From Desulfatiglandales bacterium (GTDB lineage: Bacteria > Desulfobacterota > DSM-4660 > Desulfatiglandales > Desulfatiglandaceae): 64,000 nucleotides of DNA. The notes under the pieces are model-generated. The model did not search any database, was not told the origin of the DNA, and worked only from the letters and a program-made list of their open reading frames with translations. Positions 8,993 through 19,318 of the stretch are shown here, one piece after another (positions within the stretch are counted from its first letter, which is position 1; the number at the start of each line of letters is the position of its first letter). The position numbers were made by a program, and so were the translations under genes. Location: positions 4,832,001 to 4,896,000 of the forward strand of contig OY759599.1 in the NCBI GenBank assembly GCA_963662465.1. The letters run 5' to 3'.

Positions 8993-9609
8993 GGTTCAGC
9001 ATCCTCCCATATGAGCCGGGTATCAAATGTATTGGCTGCCAGCATGGTACACACCACCACTGCCGCAAAATAGGTGGCCGCGGGCGCAGCAGTGATGGAA
9101 TTCAAGGTCCCGAACTCCACAATAGCCACCATGAGGGCGATGACAAAAATATCCAGCATGGACCAGCGCCCAATGAACCGGATGATTCGAAACATCAAGG
9201 TCTTGTGCCTGAGCCACCCTTCCCACTTCCGCCGAATGGACAACAGGACCAGCATGATGCCGGTTACCTTGAATATGGGCACCAGAATGCTGGCGAAAAA
9301 AATCAAAAATGCGATCGCATAGTCGCCCGACTGTATGAAGAATTGAATGCCCTCCATGATGGTGTTGGGCGCAATATCGCCAAGGGTTGTCACCGTCATG
9401 ATGGGCAGGAAATTGGCGGGAAACAAAAAAATCACGCTGGTGATCAACAGGGCCCAGGTCCTTGTCAGGCTTCCGGGCTTCCGGGAATGCAGCCTGGCGC
9501 CGCATCGGGGGCAATGGCTTTTTGTTGGCGTATCTTTTTGAACCGTCAGCATACGGCATTCCCGGCACAGGACAAATCCCGCCTCCCGTGCGGTCATGGC
9601 CCTATTCAT
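8989..9609 (-). CDS. pqiA: Paraquat-inducible protein A family (second module)
   Basis: CREC...CPRCG zinc ribbon, PANFLPIM, IGRWSMLDIF. Confidence 0.9.
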   Translation of the reverse strand: MNRAMTAREAGFVLCRECRMLTVQKDTPTKSHCPRCGARLHSRKPGSLTRTWALLITSVIFLFPANFLPIMTVTTLGDIAPNTIMEGIQFFIQSGDYAIAFLIFFASILVPIFKVTGIMLVLLSIRRKWEGWLRHKTLMFRIIRFIGRWSMLDIFVIALMVAIVEFGTLNSITAAPAATYFAAVVVCTMLAANTFDTRLIWEDAEP

Positions 9610-10285
9610 GGGATTTTCTCCTGTCTTCTTCCATGAGAACCCAATACCGGTGTTCATCCAGGCTGATGGCGGCGCAAATGGCAATCATTAAAAGCGCCAC
9701 AAAACAGAAAAGGCCTAAGTCATAGGAGAGCTGCGCCAGATCCTTCAGCTTTATAATGGAAACCAGAATTCCCAGCATATAGATTTCAAGCATTCCCCAC
9801 TCATCCAAAAAATGGTAGGCCCTGAAAGCGAGGACGGGAAAGCGCCGGCTGGACTTTAATAAGATGGAAAGAGAGACGGTGAACAGCACCAGCAATTTGA
9901 TAAAGGGCACAGCCACGCCGGTGAGGAGTACCAAAATGGACACCACGTGAAAACCGGACTGAAAAAGAACACTGGTGCCGTGGACCAGGTTTGTTGCCTG
10001 TTCCAAACCCATGGCGTTCAAGGTCATGATGGGCAGCAGCATGGCGGGGAAAAAAAGAATCAACCCCGTTAAACTCAGGGCCAGGGTTCGTTCAACGGTA
10101 TTCTTTTTGGGCATGAAAAGGACGCTGCCGCAACGGGGGCAACGGCTTTTAAGCCCTACGCCCATTCTAATATCCTTCAACAACAGGTCACATTCCGGGC
10201 AGGCAATTAACCCCTTTGAACCCTGTCGTTTCAGGCCCTGAGGCTTCAGATAGGGGGCAAACCCGTCGAGGATTGGTTCTCTCAT
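9602..10285 (-). CDS. pqiA: Paraquat-inducible protein A family (first module)
   Basis: CPECD...CPRCG, EWGMLEIY, TM helices. Confidence 0.9.
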   Translation of the reverse strand: MREPILDGFAPYLKPQGLKRQGSKGLIACPECDLLLKDIRMGVGLKSRCPRCGSVLFMPKKNTVERTLALSLTGLILFFPAMLLPIMTLNAMGLEQATNLVHGTSVLFQSGFHVVSILVLLTGVAVPFIKLLVLFTVSLSILLKSSRRFPVLAFRAYHFLDEWGMLEIYMLGILVSIIKLKDLAQLSYDLGLFCFVALLMIAICAAISLDEHRYWVLMEEDRRKSHE

Positions 10286-10299
10286 GATACGGACCGGAA

Positions 10300-11075
10300 T
10301 CAGGGTTCCATCTCCAGGATAAATTCCAGCACGTTTTTATTGAACACCTGATGGTTTTCAATCATGACCATATGACCGGCTAACGGAATGATCTCACACC
10401 GGCTTCCCTGAATGGCACCACTTAGTTTTCTGGAAAGGGAGGGGGGCGTTAGTTGATCCTTTTCCCCGCAAAGGATGAGCGTGGGAAGACTGATCCGTGA
10501 TATGCAGTCTCGCAAGTCAAACCGGTTGCAGGCCAGGAAATCCCCATGAACAAGGGTGGGTCCGGCTTCCCGCATGAGGGCCGCGCCCTCCGTGATGAAT
10601 CGGCTGTCGGCTGCCGGTGCGTAGGCGTACCCCATAATAGCATCAATGGTTTGTTCAAAATTGTGTAACAGGCCCTCCAGAAATGCAGGGGCCACAATGA
10701 GGCGGGGCCCCGTGCCTGCCAAAATGATCCCTTTCATCAAAGAGGGGCTCGTAATAGCCATCTGTTGAACAATGGCCCCCCCCATGGAATGGCCCATGAG
10801 GAAGGGGGGGTCGGAAAAATAAGCTTTAAGGATTTCCATCAACCATTGGGCATACCCGTCGATGGTGTCTTGCGGATTTCCGGCGGATTCTCCATGGCCC
10901 GGCAAATCAAGGGCAGGGTATTGAGTTTTGATTTCAGCGGGTAGACCTGATTGCGCCAGTTTTGTGCCCCCCCTCCGGCCCCATGGATCATGAGAAGCGT
11001 CGGGCGATTTTCCTTGAAATCTTCAGTGCCGGCTTCGAATCCGATACCGGCATTTTTAAGTGCTTTAAGGTTCAT
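10300..11075 (-). pseudogene. Alpha/beta hydrolase split by a 1-nt frameshift near 10913
   Basis: N-part 10839-11075 (LMIHGAGG) and C-part 10300-10905 (LPGHGES, GHSMGG, GEKD, AGHM) join if one G is restored (LALDLPGHG). Confidence 0.75.
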
Positions 11076-11098
11076 TCGTCAAACTCCATATTTTTTTA

Positions 11099-12088
11099 TC
11101 ACCAGCGGACCAGGGCGCTGCCCCAGGTGAGTCCGCCGCCAAAAACCGGAAGACAGATCAGGTGACCTTTTTGAATACTGCCGTCCCGAACCGCTTCATC
11201 AAAAGCGATGGCACAGGAGGCCGAGGAGATGTTGCCGTATTTGTTGAGGGTGACATAAAATTTTTCCATGGGGAGTTTCAACATCCTGGCCATGGATTGA
11301 AACATGCGTAAATTGGCTTGGTGAGGAATGAACCAGTCAATATCCTGAACGTCCACCTGGTTATGCCGGGCCGCTTCCTGGATGGAATCAACGAAATGTC
11401 TGACCGCCACCCTGAAACTGTTACTGGCTTCAATCAATTGAAGACAATGGCGCTTTTCATCCACACTGTCATGGGAGATGGGGGTGGTTTTGCTTCCGCC
11501 GCCGGGCATCAGGAGATCCCGGCCATTGTAGCCGTCGGTGTGAAGATGGGTGGACAGTATTTCCGGCCCCACTTCTCCCCTCTGCAACACGGCGGCGCCG
11601 GCCCCGTCTCCCCAGAGGATGCAGGAGGTTCGGTCCGTCCAGTCCAGGGTGCGTGTCATCACCTCGGAGGCCACCACCAAAACCCGTTTGGCGGCGCCCG
11701 TTTTCAGATATTGTTCCGCCACATTGAGTGCAAAAATAAAACCGGAGCAGGCCGCCGTAATATCAAATGTTACAGCCCCGGGAGCATCCAGTTTGGCCTG
11801 AAGCCAGTTGGCGGCGGAAGGGCAGCAGGTATCCGGCGTAATGGTGGCCACGATCATGAGGTCAATCTCCCGGGCGGTAACACCGGCCATATCAAAAGCC
11901 CGAAGGGCCGCTTCACGGGCAAGATCGGCGGTGGTAACGTCCGGATCGGCGATTCTTCGCTGGCTGACGCCGGTTCTCTTGACGATCCACTCATCGGAGG
12001 TTTCCAGTCCCATTTTCTCAAGGTCGAAGTTGGACAGAATCTTTGGCGGTACATAAGATCCCGTCCCCAGAATTCTTATGGATTGCAT
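11099..12088 (-). CDS. fabH: 3-oxoacyl-ACP synthase III (KAS III)
   Basis: DITAACSGF, FIPHQAN, YGNISSAS catalytic Cys-His-Asn; GGGLTWG; AGGA RBS before ATG 12088. Confidence 0.9.
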   Translation of the reverse strand: MQSIRILGTGSYVPPKILSNFDLEKMGLETSDEWIVKRTGVSQRRIADPDVTTADLAREAALRAFDMAGVTAREIDLMIVATITPDTCCPSAANWLQAKLDAPGAVTFDITAACSGFIFALNVAEQYLKTGAAKRVLVVASEVMTRTLDWTDRTSCILWGDGAGAAVLQRGEVGPEILSTHLHTDGYNGRDLLMPGGGSKTTPISHDSVDEKRHCLQLIEASNSFRVAVRHFVDSIQEAARHNQVDVQDIDWFIPHQANLRMFQSMARMLKLPMEKFYVTLNKYGNISSASCAIAFDEAVRDGSIQKGHLICLPVFGGGLTWGSALVRW

Positions 12089-12110
12089 GGTTTCCTTTTT
12101 CTCCACACCC

Positions 12111-12135
12111 AAAACTTAAAACTTAAAACTTAAAA
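12111..12135 (+). repeat. Heptamer tandem repeat (AAAACTT)n
   Basis: AAAACTT x3.5; the same unit recurs at 15633-15650 and 29652-29714. Confidence 0.8.
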
Positions 12136-12254
12136 ATGATACCTATCATTTGTGTAATATGTTGTCAATTGGCAATAAAAAGCGTAAAAAATGTCAGGGA
12201 CCTGGCCCTTTGCGGGATACGAAAACACCGATTTTTTATTGAAAGGCGGTTTTG

Positions 12255-13415
12255 ATGATGGAAGCGGCGCTAAACCATATGATTTACCTGGATCACAACG
12301 GAACGACCCCCATTGCGACCGAAGCCATTTCGGCAATGACGCCCTTCATGGCGACGCATTTCGGCAATCCTTCCAGCACTCATGCCTTGGGTTTCAAGGC
12401 AAAGCAAGGCGTGACGCGTGCCCGGGAAGAGGCAGCGGCGCTCCTGGGTTGTCAACCGGATGAAATCGTTTTCACATCCGGCGGCACCGAGAGCAACAAT
12501 ATGGTCCTCAAGGGACTGATTGATTTCAGGCATCCGGAAAATTTTCATTTGATTACATCCGCCATCGAACACCCGGCAATTCTGAATCCTGCCCTGTTTT
12601 TAAGTGAACTGGGGGCCGGGGTTACCATCCTTCCAGTGGATGCGAAAGGCCGCATCGATCCGGATCAGGTTCAAAAAGCCATTTTGCCCAATACCCGGCT
12701 GATCAGTCTCATGCTGGCCAACAACGAAACCGGAACCCTTCAGCCCATCAGAGAAGTGGCTGACATCGCTCATCATCACAACATTTTGCTCCATACGGAT
12801 GCGGCCCAGGCAGTGGGAAAAATTCCCGTTGGAGTCAAAGAACTGGGGGTGGATTTTCTGAGCGTGGCAGGCCATAAGCTTTACGGCCCCAAGGGCGTGG
12901 GGGCTCTTTATGTGCGTGATGGCCTTTCGCTGACGCCGCTTGTTCACGGGGCCGGTCAGGAAAACGGACGGCGGGCCGGGACGGAAAATACCATCCTGAC
13001 GGTGGGCCTCGGGGCCGCATGCCGGGTGGCCAAGGAGCGACTTTCCAAAGATGGGCAAGTATCCCGGTTAAGGAACCATTTACAAACCCTTCTGTTTGAG
13101 GGTATTGAAGGACTTGTGTTAAACGGCCATGAAACCTTGCGGTTGCCCAATACCCTGAATGTCTCCGTTCCGGGCCTTGAAGGGGGGCGCATCCTGGAGG
13201 GGGTTCCCACGGTCCTGGCTTCCACCGGCGCCGCATGTCACGACCAACGGGTAACCCTGTCCCATGTGCTGTCCGCCATGGGCGTTTCTCCCCGGGTGGG
13301 CATGGGGGCGCTGCGATTCAGTTTGGGAAGAAGCAATACCCTGGAAGAAATTGAAGCAGCCGCCCGGGCTGTCATCCACCAAGTCCGAAGGATGCGGGAT
13401 GATCAAACCCCCTGA
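12255..13415 (+). CDS. Cysteine desulfurase (IscS/NifS group)
   Basis: YLDHNGTTP, FTSGGTE, HTDAAQ, GHKLYGPKG (PLP Lys), STGAAC catalytic Cys. Confidence 0.92.
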   Translation: MMEAALNHMIYLDHNGTTPIATEAISAMTPFMATHFGNPSSTHALGFKAKQGVTRAREEAAALLGCQPDEIVFTSGGTESNNMVLKGLIDFRHPENFHLITSAIEHPAILNPALFLSELGAGVTILPVDAKGRIDPDQVQKAILPNTRLISLMLANNETGTLQPIREVADIAHHHNILLHTDAAQAVGKIPVGVKELGVDFLSVAGHKLYGPKGVGALYVRDGLSLTPLVHGAGQENGRRAGTENTILTVGLGAACRVAKERLSKDGQVSRLRNHLQTLLFEGIEGLVLNGHETLRLPNTLNVSVPGLEGGRILEGVPTVLASTGAACHDQRVTLSHVLSAMGVSPRVGMGALRFSLGRSNTLEEIEAAARAVIHQVRRMRDDQTP

Positions 13416-15633
13416 ACCATTTTCCTGTTTAAAAATTGCGGTATCGGCGCCCGTCAAGGAATCTTTTTTCTATTCCGTTCCGGAAAGCCTAAAACCTCTG
13501 GTTCACATCGGCAGCCGCGTTCTGGCGCCCTTCAATCGCCGTCGGGTAACGGGTTACGTGGTGGAAAAGGTCTTTGAAATGCCCGACTGCAACCTGAAGG
13601 ACATTGAGGACCTGCTGGATCCGGCCCCCCTCTTTCACCCGCAAATGGTGCCCTTTTTTGAATGGATCGCCGATTATTACCGTCATCCCCTGGGCATGGT
13701 CATCCATTCTTCATTGCCCGGCGAGCCCTATAAGGGGGCAGTGTTGACGGAGAAGGGAAAGGCCTTTCTCGACGGCAGACTCTTTGATTCTGAAGATGCC
13801 CGCATATTAAGCTGGATCGGCAAAAATCCCGAAAAAAAACTTTCCTGGCCCATGAAAAAGATCTATCCCCTTCAGGCGGAAGGATGGATCAGGGTACAAC
13901 GCAGCATGAAGCGCGTTAAGAAAAAAGGCATTCCAGCGCTCGGAAACCCGCCGGAGTCTATGGCATTGCCTTCTCCGAGCCCCCACCACTTGAACCCCCA
14001 TCAGCGTCAGGCCCTGACGCAAATCAGTGAGAGCCTTAACCGGAGCGCCTTTGGTTCCTTTTTGCTTTACGGGGTAACGGGAAGCGGCAAGACCGAGGTC
14101 TATACCGGGGCCGTTGAACATGCGGTGCAATTGGGCAGGCAGGCGATTCTCATGGCCCCTGAAATTCTTTTGGCGGGCTATCTGGAAGCGGTCTTCAGGG
14201 ATCGACTGGGAGACCGGGTCGCCCTTTATCACAGCGGTCTAAGCAAACGGGAACGAAATTACCAGTGGTCTCGAATGGCCGCTGGAGAAGTGGACCTGGT
14301 CATCGGCGCTCGTTCGGCCCTCTTTGCGCCCCTGCCTCGCCTGGGGTTGGTGATCGTGGATGAAGAGCATGATGCCGCCTATGTACAGACCGGAAGCGGC
14401 GGACCCCACTATTCCGCCAGAGACGCCGCCGTGGTCAGGGCCCGGATGGAAAACGCCGTGGTGGTTTTGGGTTCAGGCACCCCGTCGGTTCAATCTTTTC
14501 AAAATGCCGGCAACCGACGTTACCATCTCCTCAACATGCCCGAGCGGGTGGAACAGCGGCCCATGCCCCGAATGGAAATTGTGGACATGCGAAAGGTCAA
14601 GGATGCCCACGGCAAGGAACTCATGATCAGTCCCAGACTCGAAAAGGCCCTGCGGGAAAATCTGGCTGCCGGCAACCAGGCGATTTTGTTCCTGAACCGA
14701 AGGGGATTTCATCGAATTTTTCTATGTCGATCATGTGGCCAGGCCCTGCGCTGCCCCAATTGTGATGTATCGCTCACCTTTCATCTCAATGAAAACCGTC
14801 TGGCCTGCCACTACTGCGGATTCAAATCCCCGTCGAATGTCCCGTGTGCATCCTGCGGGGGGCATAGTTTGAAACCCTTCGGATTCGGAACGGAAAAGAT
14901 GGAAGTCGAATTGAACGCCCTTTTTCCAGAGGCCGAAATCTCTCGAATGGATACGGATTCCACTCGGAAAAAGGGAGCGGCCCTGAAAATTTTAAAACAG
15001 TTTGACCAGCGTAAGATCGATATTCTGGTGGGGACCCAGATGATTACCAAGGGGTATGATTTCCCCAATGTAACCCTGGTGGGCATTATCGCGGCGGATC
15101 TGACCTTGGGGTTTCCGGATTTCAGGGCGGGGGAAAGGACCTTTCAACTGCTCTGTCAAGTGGCCGGCAGGGCGGGACGGGGCGATCATGAAGGACAAGT
15201 GATTGTTCAAACCTTCAACCCGGATCATTATGTGATTCAAACGGCCGTAAACCACGATTTCAACCTGTTTTTTAAAAAGGAAAAGGATCTCAGGCAACAG
15301 CTTCGGTATCCTCCCTTTTCCAATCTGGCCTGTCTGAAATTTCAGGGAGACGATGCCGTAAAAGCCGGGGCGGCAGTGCGCGAACTGGGCATGCAGCTAA
15401 GACGGATGCTCCGAAGCTGGCCCACCCGGGGAAAGGAAATTCAGTTGCTGGGTCCGGTTGCCGCGCCCATGGCCCGGTTAAAAGGGAAATTCCGATGGCA
15501 ATTGCTGGTCAAGTGCGGAAACGGTTCTCTGCTGAAACATTTTCTTCAGGAGGCGGAGAGGATTTCCGTGCGGATACTGGGTGCAGGTCGAGTCCGGTTG
15601 CTGGTGGAAGTGGATCCCTATGATATGCTTTAA
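13399..15633 (+). CDS. priA: Primosomal protein N' (replication restart helicase)
   Basis: GVTGSGKT, VDEEH, GSGTPS, four CxxC zinc motifs, QVAGRAGR; start 13399. Confidence 0.96.
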   Translation: MIKPPEPFSCLKIAVSAPVKESFFYSVPESLKPLVHIGSRVLAPFNRRRVTGYVVEKVFEMPDCNLKDIEDLLDPAPLFHPQMVPFFEWIADYYRHPLGMVIHSSLPGEPYKGAVLTEKGKAFLDGRLFDSEDARILSWIGKNPEKKLSWPMKKIYPLQAEGWIRVQRSMKRVKKKGIPALGNPPESMALPSPSPHHLNPHQRQALTQISESLNRSAFGSFLLYGVTGSGKTEVYTGAVEHAVQLGRQAILMAPEILLAGYLEAVFRDRLGDRVALYHSGLSKRERNYQWSRMAAGEVDLVIGARSALFAPLPRLGLVIVDEEHDAAYVQTGSGGPHYSARDAAVVRARMENAVVVLGSGTPSVQSFQNAGNRRYHLLNMPERVEQRPMPRMEIVDMRKVKDAHGKELMISPRLEKALRENLAAGNQAILFLNRRGFHRIFLCRSCGQALRCPNCDVSLTFHLNENRLACHYCGFKSPSNVPCASCGGHSLKPFGFGTEKMEVELNALFPEAEISRMDTDSTRKKGAALKILKQFDQRKIDILVGTQMITKGYDFPNVTLVGIIAADLTLGFPDFRAGERTFQLLCQVAGRAGRGDHEGQVIVQTFNPDHYVIQTAVNHDFNLFFKKEKDLRQQLRYPPFSNLACLKFQGDDAVKAGAAVRELGMQLRRMLRSWPTRGKEIQLLGPVAAPMARLKGKFRWQLLVKCGNGSLLKHFLQEAERISVRILGAGRVRLLVEVDPYDML

Positions 15634-15688
15634 AGTTTTAAGTTTTAAGTAAAAAAATGTAAAGATGTTAAAGAAAGGTGGTACTCAA

Positions 15689-16564
15689 ATGATGATCGAT
15701 TTTCATACCCATATCTTTCCTCCCGTAATCAGAGAGAACCGGGAGGATTTTTTTGAAGGTGAGCAGGCCTTTAAAAGCCTGTACAATTCCCCCAAGGCCA
15801 AACTCGCAAGCGTCGAGGACTTGATTGCCGGCATGGACGAAGCGGGCGTTCAAAAGTCCGTGGTTTTTGGCTTTCCCTGGGAAAACGCAGAATATCTCAA
15901 GTTGCACAACGATTATGTGGTTGAGGCTGTAAGGCGGTATCCCCATCGACTGGTGGGCCTGGCCTGTTTCTCCCCCCTTTCCCCCATGGGGGCAACGGAG
16001 GCAAAACGGTGTTTTAATCAAGGACTCTCGGGCGTGGGAGAGCTGGCGGTCTACGGCGCCGGCATAACCGCCCAGGTGGTTCGAGCTTTAGAGCCGGTTA
16101 TGGCCGTATGCCGGGAGCAAAACGGTCTTTTCATGCTGCACACCAACGAACCGGTGGGGCATCAATATCCCGGTAAAACACCCAACACCCTTCGTCAGAT
16201 ATATGATTTTGTCAAGGCCTATCCGGAAAACCGCATTATTCTGGCCCACTGGGGCGGAGGGCTTCCGTTTTATGCCTTGATGAAGAAAGAAGTGAAAAAA
16301 GTGCTTGAAAACGTGTGGTTTGATACGGCTGCATCGCCATTTCTCTACCAACCGGAAATGTACAGGATCGCCGGTGAAGCAGTGGGTTTTGATAAAATAC
16401 TGTTCGGCAGCGATTTTCCCCTGTTAAAGCCACAGCGTTATGTCAAGGAGATCGCCACAGCAGGCCTTACCCCTGAACAGAGGAACCGGATCATGGGATT
16501 AAACGCCGAAACCTTGCTGCAAATTCCGAAATCCGCAATCCGCAATCCCCTCACCCCCCGATAG
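15689..16564 (+). CDS. Amidohydrolase_2 family metal-dependent hydrolase
   Basis: IDFHTH, GVGEL, MLHT, LAHWGGG, LFGSDFP. Confidence 0.85.
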   Translation: MMIDFHTHIFPPVIRENREDFFEGEQAFKSLYNSPKAKLASVEDLIAGMDEAGVQKSVVFGFPWENAEYLKLHNDYVVEAVRRYPHRLVGLACFSPLSPMGATEAKRCFNQGLSGVGELAVYGAGITAQVVRALEPVMAVCREQNGLFMLHTNEPVGHQYPGKTPNTLRQIYDFVKAYPENRIILAHWGGGLPFYALMKKEVKKVLENVWFDTAASPFLYQPEMYRIAGEAVGFDKILFGSDFPLLKPQRYVKEIATAGLTPEQRNRIMGLNAETLLQIPKSAIRNPLTPR

Positions 16565-17552
16565 CCGACATTCTTCCCGAAAGCGCATCAGCATCTTCCG
16601 AACCCACATGATGCGCACGGGGTTTTTTATCGGCTGCGTCTGCAAAAATTTTCACCAGATCACGGTCCGTAGCCCCTGCCCGCATGGGACCTTTCAAATC
16701 CAATTCCTGGTCGGAAAGCAGGCAGGGCCGCAAATGTCCGTTGGCGGTAAGCCTCAGGCGGTTGCAAACCTGGCAAAAATGGTGGGTCAGGGGGCTGATG
16801 AAGCCGATTTCCCCCGGCGCCCCTTCAAAACGGTATCTCACGGTGGGACCATCAATGGCGGTCCTGGGAATCCGGATCAGCGGTTGCGCCGCTTCAAGCG
16901 CTTCCCGAATGACGGTATTGGATACAAAATGCAAAGGCTCGTTGTGATGAAGAAGGCCGCTGGGCATATATTCAATGTATCGGATATGAAATGGATAGCG
17001 TGCGGACAGCTCGGCAAAATCCGCAACCTCATCGTCATTAATGCCTTTCAGCACGACCATATTAATTTTGATGGGATGAAAGTTCAGTTTATGCGCCAGT
17101 TGAATGCCTTCCCAGACCCGCTCAAACCCGTCGTAGCCGGTAATTCTCCGATACCGGTCCCGATGCAAACTATCGAGGCTGACGTTGATCCGTTTTACAC
17201 CGGCGCCGCGAATGTTTTCCAAATGTTCTTTCAAGAAAATTCCGTTGGTGGTAATGGACAGGTCTTTGAGCCCCGGAAGGGCCATCAATTCGGGCAGCAA
17301 ACGGGGAAAGTCTTTTCTGACGAGGGGTTCACCCCCGGTCAGGCGGATTTTATCCACCCCCAGTCCAACGGCGATTTTGGCCAGACGAAGAATCTCTTCA
17401 TAGGTCAGAATATCTTCATGCCTCAATTTGTCGAGGCCCTCACGGGGCATACAGTAGAGGCATCGAAGGTTGCATCGGTCCGTAATGGAGATGCGAAGGT
17501 AATTAAGGCGTCTCTCGTAGTGATCAATTAAGCAGGGTCGTTTGGTTTCCAT
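16551..17552 (-). CDS. moaA: GTP 3',8-cyclase MoaA
   Basis: CNLRCLYC, RLTGGEP, C-terminal CQVCNRLR...PC cluster, MSAIGG terminus. Confidence 0.96.
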   Translation of the reverse strand: METKRPCLIDHYERRLNYLRISITDRCNLRCLYCMPREGLDKLRHEDILTYEEILRLAKIAVGLGVDKIRLTGGEPLVRKDFPRLLPELMALPGLKDLSITTNGIFLKEHLENIRGAGVKRINVSLDSLHRDRYRRITGYDGFERVWEGIQLAHKLNFHPIKINMVVLKGINDDEVADFAELSARYPFHIRYIEYMPSGLLHHNEPLHFVSNTVIREALEAAQPLIRIPRTAIDGPTVRYRFEGAPGEIGFISPLTHHFCQVCNRLRLTANGHLRPCLLSDQELDLKGPMRAGATDRDLVKIFADAADKKPRAHHVGSEDADALSGRMSAIGG

Positions 17553-17688
17553 TGAAATCGCTTTTTATTTGGGATATGTTTCATCAGGGTGCATGCACAC
17601 CTTTTCGAATAAGTGTTGCTATCCATATAGGAATGCAAGGGCGGAGTCAACCATAATCCCCGTTCACTGTTTTTATGATTGGAAAACT

Positions 17689-19293
17689 ATGTATACTTCG
17701 TATTTTGGGCTGATGGAAAATCCCTTTACCCTGACCCCTGATCCCCGGTTTCTCTTTTTGAGCCGGCGCCATCGAGAGGCCTTGGCCCATCTACTGTTCG
17801 GGATGGGCGACAAGGGAGGATTTGTATTGCTGACCGGCGAGGTGGGAACGGGAAAGACCACCTTGTGTCGCAGCCTGCTGGAACAGATTCCCGAAGAAGT
17901 TGAGATTGCATTGGTTTTGAATCCCAAACAAACTTCCCTGGAACTGGTGGCATCTATCTGCGACGAACTGAAGGTTTCCTACCCGAATCCGGCACAGAGC
18001 CTCAAGGTACTCATTGATCACTTAAATCGTCATCTGCTGGATATCCACGCCAAAGGGCGAAGGACCGTGGTAATTATTGACGAAGCACAAAACCTCGGCA
18101 TAGAGGTACTGGAACAGGTGCGATTGCTGACCAACCTGGAAACCACCACCCGGAAACTGCTGCAGATTCTACTCATCGGCCAGCCCGAACTCCAGAGTAT
18201 GATGGCCAAGCCGGAATTGCGCCAGCTAGGTCAACGGATTACAGCCCGTTATCACCTTGCACCCCTGTTGCCGGAAGAAACAGCTGCCTATATTGAACAT
18301 CGCCTTGAGGTGGCAGGGTGTAAACGCCCGTTGTTCACTCAGCGGACACTCAGCCTCATACACCGATTGTCCGGAGGGATTCCCCGGCTAATCAATACCA
18401 TCTGCGACCGCGCCCTGCTAGGGGCCTACGGCCAAAAACGCATGGTGGTCAATCGGGGGTTGGCCCGCCAGGCTGCCGCTGAAGTGATGGGTAAAAAAGC
18501 GCTGATTCGGGATTCAAGCATTAAGTCCTGGGCTTTAGTGCCTCTGTTATTGATCCTCCTCGGGGCCGGATGGGTTTTCCTTCAGGGCCCGAAACCCTAT
18601 CCATGGGGAGCACCATGGGACAGTGATCCGGAAAAGGCCGCAAATCAGAGTACCAAAAGGACGCCAAAAACCCTTGAGGACGTGTTTAAGGGTAACGATG
18701 ACAAGACCCACAGGCAAAGCTCCTTTAAATCCCTACTGAAGTACTGGGGATTGACCTATCCGGCCCTATCCGGCATGAACCTTTGTGAATGGGCGCCCAG
18801 GGTCGGTTATCGCTGTTACAGCGACCGGGGAAACTGGACCACCCTGAAACATTTGAATCGCCCTGCGATTCTGGAACTGATCGACGGTAAGGGACGACGG
18901 CATTATGTAACCGCCATACTCATCGAAGACCGGAAAGTACTCCTGGATCTGGGAGATCAGCAAATGTCCCTGTCCAAAGCTGATCTGGACCCCTTCTGGT
19001 TCGGAGATTTTACCTTGATCTGGAAACCGCCGCCCATCAAAAGCGCGATCCTCAAAAAAGGAGATTCAGGTCCTGATGTACACTGGTTAAAGGACCAGTT
19101 AAATCGCATGGAAGGAATGCGTCCTCTGCCTGAGGAAACGGATAAGGCTGTTTTTGACGATCTTCTGGAACAACGGGTCATGAATTTTCAACGCTCCTGT
19201 GCCGTGAAAGCGGACGGCATTGTGGGAGAACAGACCCTGATCCAGTTGATGAAAGCGGAGCGAGATTCGCTTCCGCCTATTTTGAACCATTGA
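17689..19293 (+). CDS. exeA: ExeA/GspA-family AAA ATPase with TM helix and peptidoglycan-binding domain
   Basis: PFxxTPDPRF, GEVGTGKT, IIDEAQ, GIPRLIN, C-terminal FQ...ADGIVG PG-binding motif. Confidence 0.9.
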   Translation: MYTSYFGLMENPFTLTPDPRFLFLSRRHREALAHLLFGMGDKGGFVLLTGEVGTGKTTLCRSLLEQIPEEVEIALVLNPKQTSLELVASICDELKVSYPNPAQSLKVLIDHLNRHLLDIHAKGRRTVVIIDEAQNLGIEVLEQVRLLTNLETTTRKLLQILLIGQPELQSMMAKPELRQLGQRITARYHLAPLLPEETAAYIEHRLEVAGCKRPLFTQRTLSLIHRLSGGIPRLINTICDRALLGAYGQKRMVVNRGLARQAAAEVMGKKALIRDSSIKSWALVPLLLILLGAGWVFLQGPKPYPWGAPWDSDPEKAANQSTKRTPKTLEDVFKGNDDKTHRQSSFKSLLKYWGLTYPALSGMNLCEWAPRVGYRCYSDRGNWTTLKHLNRPAILELIDGKGRRHYVTAILIEDRKVLLDLGDQQMSLSKADLDPFWFGDFTLIWKPPPIKSAILKKGDSGPDVHWLKDQLNRMEGMRPLPEETDKAVFDDLLEQRVMNFQRSCAVKADGIVGEQTLIQLMKAERDSLPPILNH

Positions 19294-19318
19294 GACCCAG
19301 TAGCCGGAAGGAACCCTT

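Noticed and set aside
12169..12183. TGGCA...GC sigma54-like motifs here and at 43277-43290
   Set aside because: GG-GC spacing is 9 and 8 bp instead of 10.
16608..17531. Long antisense ORFs (this one; also 11318..12133, 21452..22327, 44312..45076, 51022..51738)
   Set aside because: Shadow frames of well-conserved genes on the opposite strand; no motifs.
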